A DNA stretch of 64,000 bases from a virus, in the IMG/VR virus record IMGVR_UViG_3300010354_000050, positions 1 through 64,000 of that record; one strand, given 5' to 3'. A model generated the notes under the pieces. It did not search any database, had not been told where the DNA came from, and saw nothing but the letters and a program-made list of their open reading frames with translations. Below are positions 1 to 8,859 of the stretch, piece by piece. The first letter of the stretch is position 1, and the number at the start of each line of letters is the position of its first letter. Made by a program: the position numbers and the translations under genes.

Positions 1-135
1 GTTGACCTGAGCGATGCCAACCTGGACGGGGCTGACCTGAGCTGGGCTGACCTGAGCTGGGCTTACTTGAGCGATGCCGACCTGAGCGATTTTTTTTTGA
101 GAAAATTCCTGAGGAATTTTCTTGACAAGGAATAG
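1..135 (+). CDS. Pentapeptide-repeat protein, C-terminal end (5' partial)
   Basis: Frame 1 reads VDLSDANLDGADLSWADLSWAYLSDADLSD (A[D/N]Lxx repeats) to TAG at 133-135. Confidence 0.8.
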   Translation, partial: VDLSDANLDGADLSWADLSWAYLSDADLSDFFLRKFLRNFLDKE

Positions 136-150
136 AAAAGGTGTTAACAT
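101..150 (+). promoter_or_regulatory. Sigma70-type promoter preceded by a perfect palindrome
   Basis: GAAAATTCCT-G-AGGAATTTTC (101-121) abuts TTGACA (122-127), then 17 nt, then TAACAT. Confidence 0.75.
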
Positions 151-186
151 GAATATGTTGAAGGAAAACCAAGGAGAAAATTTGAA

Positions 187-417
187 ATGGTAAGCAGTAA
201 GATTTTGAAGAAAGTTCAAAACGCAGTTTCCTATTCCTATTCCTGGGCTGAATTCGAACAGGATATGGAAATCTATCATAACTTCCAGGATTTTCCCAAA
301 GAAGTGAAGGACAAAATCCATACCTTAATCTTACTAGGTGGGGGGGAATACATTGATAAGATGTATGCCTATTATGATGTAGTAGATCTAGCTAAAACTT
401 GCTTAAAAATTTCCTAA
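187..417 (+). CDS. Hypothetical early protein
   Basis: ORF with AGGAG RBS, own promoter and downstream terminator. Confidence 0.7.
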   Translation: MVSSKILKKVQNAVSYSYSWAEFEQDMEIYHNFQDFPKEVKDKIHTLILLGGGEYIDKMYAYYDVVDLAKTCLKIS

Positions 418-439
418 AGGTTTTTTAAGAAAACCTGTA

Positions 440-468
440 AGAAGTTGGTAAAACAACTTCTTTTTTTT
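440..468 (+). terminator. Intrinsic terminator (GAAGTTG...CAACTTC family)
   Basis: AGAAGTTG-gtaaaa-CAACTTCT followed by a T-run; related copies near 1387, 2686 and 4313. Confidence 0.75.
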
Positions 469-617
469 GTTTAGTTTTAGTACATTTGTATCATTAAGAA
501 CACTAATGCAAAAGCCCTGTTCCTATAATAACCTCTAATGAATATTGCTAGATAATGTTCTTGACTTTGCTATCAGGATCAGGTGTTATAGCTATAGCGA
601 GTTAGGGAAATCACCCC

Positions 618-1280
618 ATGGCTAACCAAACTTTCAACCTTCAAGTCCAAGAACACCCTGAGTATGGGGAATTAGGGGTTATATCTCCCCAACTCAAGGA
701 TTATTTTGATCCTACTACAGGCATGATATTAGCCCACGATATTTTAGAACACATTACTCCCCACGAAAACTCCTATGTGGGTGAATTTCTGGCCCTAGGC
801 GCTTTTATCTATGTGCGGGTGGAGCAAGGTTTTTATACTAGGGGCTATGATTTCAAAACCTTAGGATATGAAATTCAAAACCTCCTCCAAAGCCATTATT
901 GGCAAGATGGGGAACAAATTCCTGATTGCAGTGTGGTTTTTGAAGAAGACCTTTACCAAGAAGAAATTTTTAAGGCAGTAGAAGAAGGTGTTAAGCAGTT
1001 TGTAGAAGAAGGAGAAATTGAGGATCAAAACTTGATCCCTTCTGCTACCCAAATCACAAATTGGATTTTGCTAGGGTATGACAAAGCTGTTTGGCATTAC
1101 AGCGAACAAAAAATTGATGCCTACACCTTGTGCCATGAGGTGTTTAAGCAAATCCAAGCCCAGGTAGACCAGTGGTTAAAAGGTGCTGAAGAAGGGGATC
1201 AGGCTACCCTAACAGTAGACTTTGATGAATACAAAGTTACCCTAGATGAGTACTACTGGTGGGAAGGAGAAGAAGAATAG
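618..1280 (+). CDS. Acidic hypothetical phage protein (AHDILEH motif)
   Basis: 220 aa, very D/E-rich, own promoter and terminator. Confidence 0.75.
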   Translation: MANQTFNLQVQEHPEYGELGVISPQLKDYFDPTTGMILAHDILEHITPHENSYVGEFLALGAFIYVRVEQGFYTRGYDFKTLGYEIQNLLQSHYWQDGEQIPDCSVVFEEDLYQEEIFKAVEEGVKQFVEEGEIEDQNLIPSATQITNWILLGYDKAVWHYSEQKIDAYTLCHEVFKQIQAQVDQWLKGAEEGDQATLTVDFDEYKVTLDEYYWWEGEEE

Positions 1281-1519
1281 AGAAGAAGAAAAGGAGCCTA
1301 CGGGCTCCTTTTTTACGGAAATCTTTTAGGTTTCCTTGACAAAATCTGTTCAGTGGGCTATAGTGTAGAAGAGTCTATTTCCTATAGGGAAGTTGTTGCC
1401 AACTTCCCTTTTTTTTCTATTGTTGTGATGTATAAAATTATACATTGAAAATCTTTAGATTTTCTTGGTAAAGAAGCTATAATAAATATGATGATTACAA
1501 TTTATTTGCCAATTAACCA

Positions 1520-2257
1520 ATGAGCAAACTATCAGTTTTTAACTTTAACCAAGTCCCTGTTAGAGTTGTTATGAAGGGAGGGGAACCCTGGTTTGTAGCT
1601 AAGGATTTGTGTCAAATCCTAGAAATTGGCAACGTTAGCCAAGTCTTGACAAGGCTAGACGAAGACGAGAAGGGTATCACTACTGCTGATACCCCTGGAG
1701 GAAAGCAAAACACATCAATTGTTTCAGAGTCCGGGATGTATGTTTTAGTATTAGGAAGCCGCAAACCTGAGGCCAAAGCATTCCGCAAGTGGATTACTTC
1801 TAATGTTCTACCTGAAATTCGTAGAACGGGGTCATATAATGCAGAAAAATCCTTACCTTCAAATGTCTACTTCCAACGGCTAAGACACCACAGAGATCAC
1901 CAAATTGAAAATGATAAGTGGTGTGTGTTTAAGGAAGGGTCTGATGTTCTGCTTCATATTGAGCAAGATCTTGGCCTAGAAGTTGATCAATTTGACCTTT
2001 GTGATGGTAGCATTGGCTATCATTGGTCGAGGTTTAGGAAAGGCAAAGAATGGGCCAATGAAACAGGGAAATATTTGCACATCTTCAGGGACAGAAGAGG
2101 CAAGCAAAAGGCCAATGCTTATCTGCTATCTGAACTTCCCTACTTCAGAAAGTGGTTAAAAGAAATTTATATTGTTGAACATTTGCCAAGCTATCTGAAA
2201 AACAAATATGGGGAAGTTAAACAACTTCCCCCTTGTTCCCCTACTGACAACTTTTAA
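1520..2257 (+). CDS. BRO-N domain protein (antirepressor-like DNA-binding protein)
   Basis: FNFNQVPVRVV..GEPWFVAKDLC..L and SESGMY.LVL.SRKPEAKAFRKWIT..VLPEIRRTGSY are Bro-N signatures. Confidence 0.9.
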   Translation: MSKLSVFNFNQVPVRVVMKGGEPWFVAKDLCQILEIGNVSQVLTRLDEDEKGITTADTPGGKQNTSIVSESGMYVLVLGSRKPEAKAFRKWITSNVLPEIRRTGSYNAEKSLPSNVYFQRLRHHRDHQIENDKWCVFKEGSDVLLHIEQDLGLEVDQFDLCDGSIGYHWSRFRKGKEWANETGKYLHIFRDRRGKQKANAYLLSELPYFRKWLKEIYIVEHLPSYLKNKYGEVKQLPPCSPTDNF

Positions 2258-2497
2258 TCTAGGTTTTCGCCAGAAAACCTTAGAAATCTCCTTTTTTTCT
2301 TTTCTTTGTTGATCTCATCATACCAAAGTTTCATAGTATTGTCAACAGGTTATGATGTATAACATTATACGAAAATCCTACAGATTTTCAGAAGAAAATC
2401 TTTCGATTTTCCTTGAGAAAACCCGAGGTTTTCTATTGACTTTACTATCCCTATGCCCTATACTGGAGAAAGTTAAAAACCTAGGGGGTTTTCAAAA

Positions 2498-2662
2498 ATG
2501 AGTTACCAACTTTTGCTAGAGGTTCTAGATGCTCAAGGTGAGTATGATAATGTAGAACATTTCCTTCGGGATAACCCAGGTGCAGTTGAATTGATCCTTA
2601 GTTATATCCAGAAGTTTCATGGGTTTGACGTTGAAGAGTTCCTTTATGGGGATCAAGACTAA
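2498..2662 (+). CDS. Small acidic hypothetical protein (54 aa, not in ORF track)
   Basis: MSYQLLLEVLDAQGEYDNVEHFLRDNPGAVELILSYIQKFHGFDVEEFLYGDQD; follows TTGACT-17-TATACT promoter and GGGGG RBS. Confidence 0.7.
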   Translation: MSYQLLLEVLDAQGEYDNVEHFLRDNPGAVELILSYIQKFHGFDVEEFLYGDQD

Positions 2663-2841
2663 TCTGCTTTTTTGACAAAATTACCGGGGAAGTTGGTAAA
2701 ACAACTTCCTTTTTTTTGCTTATATGAAAATTCCCAAGGAATTTTCTGAAAATCTGAAATTCCTTAGGAATTTCCTTGACAAGGGTAGGGGAATGGGTTA
2801 TAGTAGGTATAGTTAAGTTAAAAACTACTGGGAGAAAACCA

Positions 2842-3477
2842 ATGGCCAGTACAAAAATTGTTGAAAAAATTCAAAAGCTTCTAGCTTTGGGTCAATCGCC
2901 CAATGAATATGAAGCCAACAACGCCTTGCAAATGGCCATGAAGTTGATGGATATGCACAATATCCAGCAGGAAGATCTGAAGATTGAAATTTCCATAGAA
3001 TCTCTGGATTATTTGAAAGCAGGGAGGATCGCAACCTGGATCAAACTTCTGTCGGTTGCTGTTGGGAGACTAACAGGTTGCAAAGCTCTGGTTTATAGTA
3101 GGAAGGGAGTTAAGGTAATTCGGGTTTGGGGAAAGAAAGAAAACCTTTTGGTCTTTTCTCATACAATGGATTATTTGGTAGAAGTTTGTGATCGGTTAAC
3201 GGTTGCAAAGGGTTATGGAGAAGGTAGGGCTTATTGCACCCAGTATCGGAATGGGTTGGTTATGAGAATTAGTCAGCGCATTAGTGAAATGTTGATGCCT
3301 GAAAATTCTACTGAAAAGGCTTTAGTGTTGAGGTCTAAGGCTTTGCAGGAAATTGACAATTTCTTTAAGCAAACTGGTAAAAAGACCAGAACCCAGGTTT
3401 TGAATGTTGGAGGTAAGGGTTATAAGGAAGGAGTAGAAGATGGGGATCAGGTTAACTTAGCTAAACAAATTAGCTAA
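2842..3477 (+). CDS. DUF2786-family protein
   Basis: KIVEKIQKLLALGQSPNEYEANNALQMAMKLMDMHNI is a DUF2786-type N-terminus; real start is ATG 2842 (the TTG at 2776 is the -35 box). Confidence 0.8.
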   Translation: MASTKIVEKIQKLLALGQSPNEYEANNALQMAMKLMDMHNIQQEDLKIEISIESLDYLKAGRIATWIKLLSVAVGRLTGCKALVYSRKGVKVIRVWGKKENLLVFSHTMDYLVEVCDRLTVAKGYGEGRAYCTQYRNGLVMRISQRISEMLMPENSTEKALVLRSKALQEIDNFFKQTGKKTRTQVLNVGGKGYKEGVEDGDQVNLAKQIS

Positions 3478-3594
3478 ATTTTATTTCTGAAAACCTTGAG
3501 GTTTTCCTTGACAAATATCCCTCAGTAAGGTATAGTAAAAGAGTAAACAAGACCTTAACAGGTTTTACTAAAAACTCAAGGAGAGTTTCACCTT

Positions 3595-3837
3595 ATGATT
3601 CTAGATCAAATTGCAGGCAAGAATATTGATTTAGTCATTCACCCCACCTTCAATAGGTATGGAACCCAACATGAACTAATGCAGTTTGGGCGAATTATGG
3701 AACAAGGAAAATACATCATTCCCAAAGGATCTACTAAAGTGGTTTTGAATAAAACCATCCAAGGTGCAGTAAAGAATCGCTATGCACGAGTATTGTTTTA
3801 TGATGGTGGGAAGTATCTAGAAGGGTTTAACCTGTAG
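3595..3837 (+). CDS. Hypothetical protein
   Basis: ORF with AGGAG RBS, promoter and terminator. Confidence 0.7.
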   Translation: MILDQIAGKNIDLVIHPTFNRYGTQHELMQFGRIMEQGKYIIPKGSTKVVLNKTIQGAVKNRYARVLFYDGGKYLEGFNL

Positions 3838-3996
3838 CATTAAGAGTTTTCTTTTGGGGGTTGGGTAACAACCCCTTTTTTTTGTGAAAATTTCTTAAAA
3901 ATCTGTTTAGGTTTCCATATTGAAAACAGCTAAATTTTCCTTGACAATACTTTGCTAACAAGTTTATAATAGGTTTAGTTGAGTTCAAGAAAAATA

Positions 3997-4296
3997 ATGA
4001 TTACGGAAGACGGTTACATTTTCGGAAATACAAGCCTAGACCCTCAAACCCTGAATGCTATTGGGTTAGATATTGAAGGAAACCCTAATGGAATCTGTAG
4101 AAGATTAGCTAAACTCAAAACTACTTACGAGGTAATCTATCAGGGAGAGTATATTCAGCTTCCTGGGTATCACCAAGTAGTTGTAATTACCTCTTGGGCA
4201 GAAAGCCAACTTGAAAACTGGCTTTACAACATTAAGCAAATAGATTTCTACAGCTATGGGTTTTGGGATGCTGACCTAGAAATCTATTTGGATTGA
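3997..4296 (+). CDS. Hypothetical protein
   Basis: ORF after TTGACA-17-TATAAT, followed by a terminator. Confidence 0.65.
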   Translation: MITEDGYIFGNTSLDPQTLNAIGLDIEGNPNGICRRLAKLKTTYEVIYQGEYIQLPGYHQVVVITSWAESQLENWLYNIKQIDFYSYGFWDADLEIYLD

Positions 4297-4438
4297 TAAC
4301 CTAACAGATTAAGGGAAGTTGTTGTCAACTTCCTTTTTTGTGAAAATTCCTAAGGTTTTCAAAAGAAAACCTGTTAAGGCTTTTGACAAGGATAAGAAAA
4401 TAAGTTATAATTAGATTAATGAACTAACGGGTTTGAAG

Positions 4439-4825
4439 ATGAAGACTAAAACCTTGTCTACTGATTATATTGGTCAACAGGTGAAGGTGTATAGAAACCT
4501 TCACACAGGTAGTTTGTCGGTTCAGGCAAAGGTTGATGGACGATATAAGGTTGTAGGACATTCTAGCAACTTGACCTTGACTGATGTAGTATTCAAAGTA
4601 AGTGAAGCAGGGAGAAATAGGGTTTTGAAGGAAAAGGCTAAGAATGTCCATGCTTTTGTAGTAGGGGTTTTAGAAAGTTTTGACCAAGAAGTTTGTAGTG
4701 AAACTTCTAAGGCAATTTCCTATAATCCTTATTTTGCCAATTGGTTTTTTGTCAAGGAAACTAAAGAACCTGTTTATAAGGCAAGCAAGGTTGTGTTTAA
4801 GGATGTGAAGCCCTATTTGGTCTAG
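4439..4825 (+). CDS. Conserved phage hypothetical protein (VYRNLH...KNVHAFV...YNPY)
   Basis: Motifs recognised as a widespread phage family; own promoter. Confidence 0.75.
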   Translation: MKTKTLSTDYIGQQVKVYRNLHTGSLSVQAKVDGRYKVVGHSSNLTLTDVVFKVSEAGRNRVLKEKAKNVHAFVVGVLESFDQEVCSETSKAISYNPYFANWFFVKETKEPVYKASKVVFKDVKPYLV

Positions 4826-4917
4826 GTTTTCTAGCGAAAACCTGAAAGGTTTTTGCAAATATTTCCAGATTTTTATTGACTTATACCCTACTGTGTCTTA
4901 CTAGATAATCCAGGGTG

Positions 4918-4946
4918 TTGACAAACTTAAATCACTATGTTATAAT
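4918..4946 (+). promoter_or_regulatory. Consensus sigma70 promoter
   Basis: TTGACA-17 nt-TATAAT. Confidence 0.85.
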
Positions 4947-4986
4947 ATCTTAGAAAGATTAGGGGAAATTAAGCTAAATAGAATAG

Positions 4987-5015
4987 TTGACAAATTCAAA
5001 AACTTGTGCTATACT
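4987..5015 (+). promoter_or_regulatory. Sigma70 promoter with extended -10; predicted TSS about 5021
   Basis: TTGACA-17 nt-TATACT with TG extension. Confidence 0.85.
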
Positions 5016-5019
5016 GATG

Positions 5020-5259
5020 CAAGATGGTTCAGCAATTCTTTAACCTATGGAAAGTAAAAAACCATCTTGACCTTTAGATGAATCAGCAACTTTTACAAAA
5101 CAGGGTAAAAAATTCATCTAGCCAACACAAATAGATAATTCAGCAACCTTATAACTATGGGAGTTAAAAATTATCTAGATTTCAAATTCCTAAAGGAAAT
5201 AACCCTTAGACTAATATAAACTGAATGGTACAGAAAAAAGGTTCTGAATAATGCCATTC
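5020..5259 (+). ncRNA. Tandem structured RNA array (three stem+CAGCAA hairpins plus one variant), putative ncRNA or leader
   Basis: Stems CAAGATGGTT/AACCATCTTG, TAGATGAAT/ATTCATCTA, TAGATAATT/AATTATCTA and GAATGGTA/TGCCATTC, each 5' arm followed by CAGCAA (CAGAAA in unit 4). Confidence 0.7.
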
Positions 5260-5279
5260 TTCTACCCAAGGAAAACAAA

Positions 5280-6233
5280 ATGCCTACAACTGTAAAAGTA
5301 ACTCTGTCTGAAGTCAACATGGCACGCCTAGGTGCTAAAACTTGGGACAATATGTACACTCAGGTTCCCAATACTAAACTACCTGATGTACTTAAGCAAC
5401 AACTAGGGGTAATTTATAATACCCTTACAGGTGAAGCTTTCCCCCAAGTAGGCTTTACCTACCTAGTCCGGGCCGATAACGGGGTTTTCAAAAAAGTCTA
5501 TTCTCCTTCTGTCTACAAAACTAAAGAAGGTAATGTAATTATCCGTTGGGGTCTAGCTGACATCCCCCTAGTTGTGGAAACTGGTAAAATTTCTGCACCC
5601 AATGGGAATAAAAAAGCAAAATTCTCTGTACGAGAAGATGCTTCAGGCAAGTATCCTGAAACCGTTCTTTCTGTTTCTGTCAACGAAGACGGTACTCTTT
5701 ATACTATGTCTTTCCCTATCCGATTTTCTGATTGGGAAAATCCCCTCAGTGCAGATGCCCTAGGGATGTTGCTAGATGAAGCTCCTGACTCCATTGTAGA
5801 ATCTTTGGCAGTAGCTCCTGACCCCAACAAAAAGCCTAGTTCTTCTACTCGCCTAGTTGGCCCCCTAGTTAAGATTGCCCATCTTCCCCTAGGCTCCTAC
5901 ACTGTAATTGGTTACATTTCTCGCGAAGGTAACTATGGTATGGACTATGAAATGCAAGTTGTTGTTGATGAGCCTTTTGTTGCCCCTACCAAACAAAAGA
6001 ATGATGCTGGTGTTTGGGAAGATGTTGAAGTAGAGGTTGAAAACCTAGTACGAGTAAAACCCAATACTGCTATCAAAAAAATCCTAGCAGCAAGCCCAGT
6101 AATTACTCCTGCTAACCCTGAAAATCTAGAAATTACAGAACACGGGGAATACAACGGCTACCCTACTGCAAAGGCCAAACTTTCTACCACTAACTTTGCT
6201 GTTGGCGAAGATTCTGTCGACCTAAACTTCTAG
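5280..6233 (+). CDS. Putative single-stranded DNA-binding / replication protein
   Basis: 317 aa, beta-rich looking, acidic-aromatic tail (GEDSVDLNF), lies before the helicase; function is inferred. Confidence 0.5.
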   Translation: MPTTVKVTLSEVNMARLGAKTWDNMYTQVPNTKLPDVLKQQLGVIYNTLTGEAFPQVGFTYLVRADNGVFKKVYSPSVYKTKEGNVIIRWGLADIPLVVETGKISAPNGNKKAKFSVREDASGKYPETVLSVSVNEDGTLYTMSFPIRFSDWENPLSADALGMLLDEAPDSIVESLAVAPDPNKKPSSSTRLVGPLVKIAHLPLGSYTVIGYISREGNYGMDYEMQVVVDEPFVAPTKQKNDAGVWEDVEVEVENLVRVKPNTAIKKILAASPVITPANPENLEITEHGEYNGYPTAKAKLSTTNFAVGEDSVDLNF

Positions 6234-6307
6234 ATCATGTAAAATAAGGAGTAGTAAACTAGATAAATTACTACTCCTTATTGTTTCCTTCAATCATAAA
6301 AAAAACA

Positions 6308-8248
6308 ATGACCGACAATTACTCAGGAAAAACTGACCCTCAGACAGAAAACATTCGTAGGTCTGTCAAAGCACGTAAGTACCTCAAGAAGGGGGATTCA
6401 GAAAAAAGCAAAGAAAAGGAAAAGCCCACCGATGCTTCTACCTTATATGAAGAAGGTATAAAGCTAATGGAAAAATGTGGGTTTATTGCTGAACTTTGTG
6501 AAGGTGGGCACCACATCAACCACAGGATTTTAAGGGCCAAACCGCCTGCTGAACTAAAGGGTATAAATTTCCCACCAAACTTTTCACCCCTCCAAGATAT
6601 TTCAACTTTACAGGACTTTGCTAAGCTAGAAGCTGTTTTTGATGATGTCCCAAATGAAATCAGGGACTTTTGGGCACCCTTATTTAGACCAAAAGCAGGT
6701 GAAACTGAATTAGCTAATTTCGCTGAAAGATTGTTAGCTATGAAGCGGATTAACAATCAACAAAATATGTACGAAGTTCTAGACTACGGCCATACTTTTG
6801 ATCCTTCTGGGGAGTTGTGCGGAAATAGCTTTGTTTCTAATCCAAGGGTTTGGGTTCCTGCTAAATCTTGGTTTGATCCTAAGCTCCAAGATGTCTCCTT
6901 AGAAGACATTTTTACTATTTTTCCTAAAGCAGAAATAGAAGTCTTAAGGTTGATGCTCGGCAGAATTGGGGTTGGAAGAAGTAACCACTTGCCGCCTAAC
7001 TTTTCTGTTCCTGTTGACCATACCTCTAGGATGGCAGCAGTCATTGTTGGTAAAGATCCAGGTTTAGGGAAATCTACAATCTTTAATGGCCTTACAGCAG
7101 CTTTATCTTTTTGTGGATTCAATACTCATACCTTTAGGTCTACTGATGACAGGTTTGGCATGAAAGAGGCTGCTTTAGCTGATGTAGCCTACAAAGATGA
7201 TACAGCTATGAAATCATTAGGGAAATTTCTAGCTTCTGAGGAAACCAAGATCCTAATTACTAATGGACTATTCCAAGCAGAGCAAAAATTTCAGAACCCT
7301 GAACAAATTTGGCCCAAATGTGTTCTCATTGTAAATAGCAATGATTGGGATCCTTTTTTTGCTTATGATCTTGATCCAGGAATTATTGATAGGATCAAAA
7401 TCCTATCTACCTACAGAAGTTTTGAAGTAGATAAGAATAAGTTAGACCTTGAAGCAAGTGTTTCTGAAGGCACTCCAGATTTAAGACCTAAGACCCACTT
7501 ACCCTATTTAGCTAATAAGCTAGATGTAGATGTAAAAGCCCTGTATTTGTGGTGTTTGCGTTTAGCTACAGACAGATTTTGGGAAATTATATCTGACAAA
7601 TCTGATCCTAGTGTTAACTTCCTAGAAAAAGAAGTCAGATATTGGACTACTAGGTTAAGAATCAGGTTCAAGGCTGATACTTCTCAAGCCATTGTCAACG
7701 CAATGGCCTTGTGTTCCGCCTTAAGGGATGGAAACAAGTGTGAGCAACACTTCATTCCAGAAATTTCTCCTGATGTTCTGAGCAAATATCTTAAAGATTT
7801 GTTTTTTGTGGGTGTAGACAAATCTACCAAATCTTTAATAGACGTTATGAAGCAGAAGTGGGAAGAGGCAGGTAGGACTTCAACCCACTATTACCAAGGT
7901 TTTAGGGAACTGAAGTGGAAATCCTTACAACTAGCCATAGAAACTCATGCTAATTCAACAAACATTTCCAAACCTTCTGCACAAATTTTGAAAGAAATGC
8001 TGGAAAAGATTGAGCTTAGGGATGGATTTAGAGTTTCTACAGGGATTTCATGGGTTATTAGTGATTGGAATAATTGCCGATATTCTTTAGATGAAATTAA
8101 CTCTGAAGCAAAGGAACTTCTGAAATACCTGACAGAAGATCAACTGAATCGTTTAACTAATAGGGGCATTAAGCCTACATCAGATTGGTTAGATAACCTA
8201 GACTACAGCCCAGACCGTGCAGAATTATTTAGACCAGGAATGGATTAA
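6308..8248 (+). CDS. P-loop NTPase, D5/SF3-like primase-helicase
   Basis: Walker A GKDPGLGKST, Walker B-like VAYKDD, motif C-like LIVNSN, and IIDR arginine finger. Confidence 0.65.
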   Translation: MTDNYSGKTDPQTENIRRSVKARKYLKKGDSEKSKEKEKPTDASTLYEEGIKLMEKCGFIAELCEGGHHINHRILRAKPPAELKGINFPPNFSPLQDISTLQDFAKLEAVFDDVPNEIRDFWAPLFRPKAGETELANFAERLLAMKRINNQQNMYEVLDYGHTFDPSGELCGNSFVSNPRVWVPAKSWFDPKLQDVSLEDIFTIFPKAEIEVLRLMLGRIGVGRSNHLPPNFSVPVDHTSRMAAVIVGKDPGLGKSTIFNGLTAALSFCGFNTHTFRSTDDRFGMKEAALADVAYKDDTAMKSLGKFLASEETKILITNGLFQAEQKFQNPEQIWPKCVLIVNSNDWDPFFAYDLDPGIIDRIKILSTYRSFEVDKNKLDLEASVSEGTPDLRPKTHLPYLANKLDVDVKALYLWCLRLATDRFWEIISDKSDPSVNFLEKEVRYWTTRLRIRFKADTSQAIVNAMALCSALRDGNKCEQHFIPEISPDVLSKYLKDLFFVGVDKSTKSLIDVMKQKWEEAGRTSTHYYQGFRELKWKSLQLAIETHANSTNISKPSAQILKEMLEKIELRDGFRVSTGISWVISDWNNCRYSLDEINSEAKELLKYLTEDQLNRLTNRGIKPTSDWLDNLDYSPDRAELFRPGMD

Positions 8249-8250
8249 TT

Positions 8251-8640
8251 ATGATGAATCAAATCAACTCTTTTGATGAAAAAACTAAGCGTGATGAAGG
8301 GATCAAACAAAAAAGGTTATATGACAGAACTATTGAAGAAGGGTTTGTCCTAGAACCTGGGAGCGATCCTCAAAACTTAATTGGAAATGTAGGGAATTTT
8401 GTAAAATTCCAAGTTTTCTGTGAAAGCTGGACAGAACATTACCTTTGTAAGCTCTATTTGGTATCTGATGGTGAAAAAGAAAATAACGCCTTTCACCTAG
8501 TCCCATTATGGCAAATTCTCAGGTTTCTAAAAGTTCTACCTCAACCAGATACTTTCTTTGAAGGAGAATTTATTGTAGGGATTAGGAAAAATGAAGGAAC
8601 AAGAACCTTTGTACCTGCTCTGCGTTTACCAAGAAAATAA
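8251..8640 (+). CDS. Hypothetical protein
   Basis: Operonic ORF, 129 aa. Confidence 0.7.
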   Translation: MMNQINSFDEKTKRDEGIKQKRLYDRTIEEGFVLEPGSDPQNLIGNVGNFVKFQVFCESWTEHYLCKLYLVSDGEKENNAFHLVPLWQILRFLKVLPQPDTFFEGEFIVGIRKNEGTRTFVPALRLPRK

Positions 8641-8642
8641 AA

Positions 8643-8843
8643 ATGCCAGAAAACCTAAGCCTAGAACAGCAATTCGCCCTTGAAAGCTTTAAGCAAACAG
8701 TTCAAAAAATGAGCAAAGAACAAGCCCAAGTTTTCCTTGTTAAACTATATGAACAAATGATCATTAGAGAAACTATGTACAAAGAGTTTCTTAAGCATGA
8801 GTGGGGGATTGATTCTTCTCCTCAATCCTCTACCAATAGTTAA
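8643..8843 (+). CDS. nblA: Phycobilisome degradation protein NblA
   Basis: LSLEQQF..SF...VQKMSKEQAQ.FLVKLYEQMIIRETMYK.FLKH.WGI matches cyanobacterial NblA. Confidence 0.95.
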   Translation: MPENLSLEQQFALESFKQTVQKMSKEQAQVFLVKLYEQMIIRETMYKEFLKHEWGIDSSPQSSTNS

Positions 8844-8859
8844 AATAGGTAATTAAGAA

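Noticed and set aside
2776-2841. TTG-start N-terminal extension of the DUF2786 gene (similarly 42531, 44177, 28187, 6281)
   Set aside because: The extensions run through promoter boxes, hairpins or neighbouring genes; downstream ATGs fit RBS and family N-termini better
5020-5177. CRISPR array or preQ1-I riboswitch call for the hairpin array
   Set aside because: Units are not identical repeats with unique spacers, and stem/loop sizes and conserved bases do not fit preQ1-I as I know it
6340-7122. Minus-strand ORFs within the helicase gene
   Set aside because: Antisense shadow ORFs
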